Source of the DNA: Amphiscolops sp. MND2022
Lineage: Eukaryota
Direction: 5' to 3'
NCBI GenBank assembly: GCA_964187785.1
Contig: OZ076409.1
Location: 25,918,001 to 25,982,000, forward strand
DNA: 64,000 bases
Shown here one piece after another: positions 60,722 to 64,000 of this stretch; within the stretch, counting starts at the first letter, position 1, and each line of letters opens with the position of its first letter. The notes beneath the pieces are model-generated. The model was not told where the DNA came from. It did no database searches and worked only from the letters and a program-made list of their open reading frames with translations. Made by a program: the position numbers and the translations under genes.

Positions 60722-63169
60722 TAACGCATAACACTTTAATCTTTGTTCGACTCGGGAGTTTGTACCTTATTGTTCAAGGTTTCTAGCTCATTACTTAAAT
60801 CAGTTCTTTAATTTTTTTTACATCCACAATTTTTTGGGCTACCAACGGTCATCCAGTTTCGAGAGTTCGCTTTTTTGTTTTTGGAATTCAATTGTCTTCC
60901 AGCTGAATGGCTGAGACTGAATTCAACTTTTCATGAGGTTCTAAGATTTGTCTGAATGAGTCTGGTTTTCTGGTTGATTTACTTTGGTACTGTAACCAAA
61001 ATTGTGTCAAGGAAAAACTATATCTAAAATTGATCTGTTAAATTATTAAGAGTTTTGTAGAACGTGTAATGAACTTTTCGTTAATTTGTCTTGGGGTACC
61101 CCAAAAGAATGGCCTATTTTTTCGATTTTGTGCAATTGACGAACGGTAAGGGTTTTGGGCGCATCATTAGAATCAACAGGCAAATAGTAAATCAAACGAT
61201 GCAACTGTAGAAGTAAATGCTGTCGAGAAAAGTTGTTCTTGCAAGTGATTGACACAACGGACCAAGGATAGTTGACATCGCAGATGAATATCTGGAGAGC
61301 GCAATACCTCCTTGGATAAGAGTTCGCCAAAAACGTCACATTCGCAAAGATGTTTGGATCTTGATGAGAATCACAAAGGTGTTTTTGTATTATGAAGTTT
61401 AATCCTGGCATTTTTCGTTACGGCCACAGTGTTTTTAAAAGATACTCTTGGATTTCTAAAGTTCAAAGTTTTAAAGAAGTTCAAAAATGTAACACTGCAG
61501 ATTTAACTCTATTTTCAGGCACCTTACCTTATCAGTCAGTTTAAGCTATTTAATTGAGAAAAAACCAACCTATTTTTTGTAGACTACTTACTGTAGAATG
61601 ATCTCACAAATTCTCGCAGAATTTTTTTCTCACCAATTTCTCCATTTTGTAAAATCAATGTTTATTATATTTCGCAATATCAAGGTTACTGAGGAATATG
61701 TTCAAGAAACTATGTTCCCCTGATTTAACGATATCTCTTTGATTTCGTTGGTAATTAATGGTGCAGCTATCAAAGTGTGGAAACGCCTAAAGCAATAATT
61801 AAAATGTCTAACTTTCTCTCTTTCCCCTGGGCACACCTTCAAATTATCACAAAACTAACTTCTTTGTAGATTGCTGCCACGCCTAGCTGGTAGAATTGAT
61901 AATGGCGAGCAATTAGAGGATAATCAAAAGGTTTTCAAATGCTCCAAGCCTTCAACTGAAACAAGGAGAGCAAAATAGCAGCATACATGAAATTACAAAA
62001 TGTTGAGAGTAACAGATTATATTGACAAAGACAACATTTTTGACGAAGAATATTCTGCGGCTTTTTATGACTCAACATGGTTGACAATTTTTGAACTATC
62101 AATTCTTTATTTTTATGATTTGGCACGATTAACAGGAAAAATGACGGAAATTCACGGAGCACACCATGTCAACTTCACGTTCTTTCATGTTCTAAGTGGA
62201 GATGTTTTGTACTTCCCGTAACTTTACGCAGATTTTTTTAAACAATTATTGTATGAAACTATAAATAACTGAAGTAGTAACTTTCCGACCACTTCGCCTA
62301 GTAGCTATTATGTGATGCCTGGAAGCGGGAGCCGTATCTTCGATTCCCACAGACTGTTTTCATGTTTGCAAAGCTAGATAACAACACAGGGTGAACCCTT
62401 TAGATTTGTTTGAGCTCTGCGACTTTTTTTGAATTTTAGAGCAAGAGTCCTCGTTTGTTTTTTTTCTCATTTTCTCGAGGAACAAAAAGTTTCAACTTTT
62501 CTGCCTGAAACTGCAAGTTGATGCAGGAAAACGGAAAGCACTTTAGATTTACGTAGCCTACTATGATGATGATAAAAATTTCTTGAAGATTGTTTTTGAG
62601 CATATTTGAAAAGTTTTGTATTTATTGAACCTTCGCTGAATAGTGCCGTTCCCACTTGTTTCGAACTTAACTTAATACCAAATTATTAAAGTTTTTCCCG
62701 ATTAGGCTTTGACAAAGAGAAGATAGCTGAAATAATTTCCAAATTGTCAGTTTGGAACTCTATTGCATGATTTTTGAAGAGGTATTTTTTTAGTTAGGAC
62801 AATTTCTTTGTTCGAGAAGCCACTATTTGCTGGCCATGATTCACATGTATGATGAAATATAAAAGCACAGTTAAAAAATTAAAGATAATTATAAAATAAA
62901 ACACAGTTTTATTCTGAAAAAGACTTTCTGAACCAAACGTTTACTTTTTTCATATCGGCAAAGAGAATGAAACCATTGGAAGAGTGGGCAATTTTGTGAA
63001 ATGAGGTATATCCGAGGCAGTAGGATATGAAAAGGGGTTCATCGACATTTCAGGCAGATTTCTATGAAGATTAGAAAACAATCATTCTGCATCAAAAATT
63101 CTAAACAAATTTTCATCTTATCGGTTTGTTATGCTTTCAGAAACGAGAACAGACGTAGGGGCTTGGGAC

Positions 63170-63715
63170 GTGGGCACAAACTACGATCTAAGGAATAAGA
63201 TCGAAACGCACTTCTGTAACTAAGATCTAAAGAACTAAGATCTAAATGTCATTTTTCGTAACTAAGATCTAGAGAATGCCAGCTCCCGAATCGTACCGAA
63301 AGTCTAAATTTCAGACGTTATTCCCGTTTTAATTTCCGTTATTCCCATTTTTTAGATGTTACGGTAAAGTATAAAATGCTTTAAAGTATAAAACGTGCCT
63401 CAGATATGTCCCAATTTCCTCTAGTGCCCTGCGGCCCCTTGGGGCCGCTTATGTTCCCATCTTGCTAAGCGAGGTCGAACAGGAGCAAAGACCTAGCGGG
63501 AACGGAGATCGCGAAGCGATCGTAGTGGGAGCTGGTCTTTGCGACGGTGAGGGCGAGCGTGCATACACCGTATATGACCCCACATTATTCCTTAGACGTT
63601 ATTTTAATTCAATTTAGACCTTAGTTACGGTGCATGCTTTTTAGATCTTAGTTCTTTAGATCTTAGTTACGAAATTTCTTTAGATCTTATTCCTTAGACC
63701 TTAGTTGCGGTCCCC
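63170..63715. mobile_element. MULE-like MITE (546 bp), copy 1
   Basis: ~100-bp imperfect TIRs built of AACTAAGATCTA repeats; 9-bp direct repeat GCTTGGGAC at 63161-63169 and 63716-63724. Confidence 0.75.
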
Positions 63716-63724
63716 GCTTGGGAC

Positions 63725-64000
63725 GTGGGCACAAACTACGATCTAAGGAATAAGATCGAAACGCACTTCTGTAACTAAGATCTAAAGAACTAAGATCTAA
63801 ATGTCATTTTTCGTAACTAAGATCTAGAGAATGCCAGCTCCCGAATCGTACCGAAAGTCTAAATTTCAGACGTTATTCCCGTTTTAATTTCCGTTATTCC
63901 CATTTTTTAGATGTTACGGTAAAGTATAAAATGCTTTAAAGTATAAAACGTGCCTCAGATATGTCCCAATTTCCTCTAGTGCCCTGCGGCCCCAAGGGGC
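63725..64000. mobile_element. MULE-like MITE, tandem copy 2 (cut by the window end)
   Basis: Identical to 63170-63445 except for a 2-nt loop; period 555 bp. Confidence 0.8.

Noticed and set aside
61870..62400. Possible host exon(s) including the 73-aa ORF at 62000-62221
   Set aside because: Stops in the flanking frame and no recognisable domain.

Overview
Repeat-rich eukaryotic, probably invertebrate animal, genomic DNA; no rRNA, tRNA or CRISPR features were seen. It is dominated by Ty3/Gypsy LTR retrotransposons on the minus strand. Element A (<1-~5264) is degenerate and cut by the window edge. Element B (7616-13531) has identical 208-bp LTRs, a CTCTC TSD and an RT motif WLDD. Element C (32544-48498) is 16 kb with ~1.75-kb LTRs and a GGGAT TSD. 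Element D (~48999-60721) is non-coding/LARD-like and is partly duplicated in a ~4-kb tandem duplication. Main finding: between integrase and its 3' LTR, element C carries an intact six-exon ANTISENSE gene (predicted 1257 aa). Its product has a BED-type zinc finger and looks like a catalytically decayed hAT transposase. It is divergently paired with a second accessory ORF that runs into the LTR. In the same lineage gag starts ~570-590 nt inside the LTR and reads through the PBS, and element C has no canonical PPT. A second notable feature is a probable host gene (17387-26561, minus) encoding a rhodopsin-type GPCR extended by an eighth TM helix and a C-terminal C-type-lectin-like domain. MITEs (CACTA-like, MULE-like, HINE-like), a 173-bp satellite and LINE fragments fill the rest. 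All family assignments are by-eye motif recognition; no searches were run.
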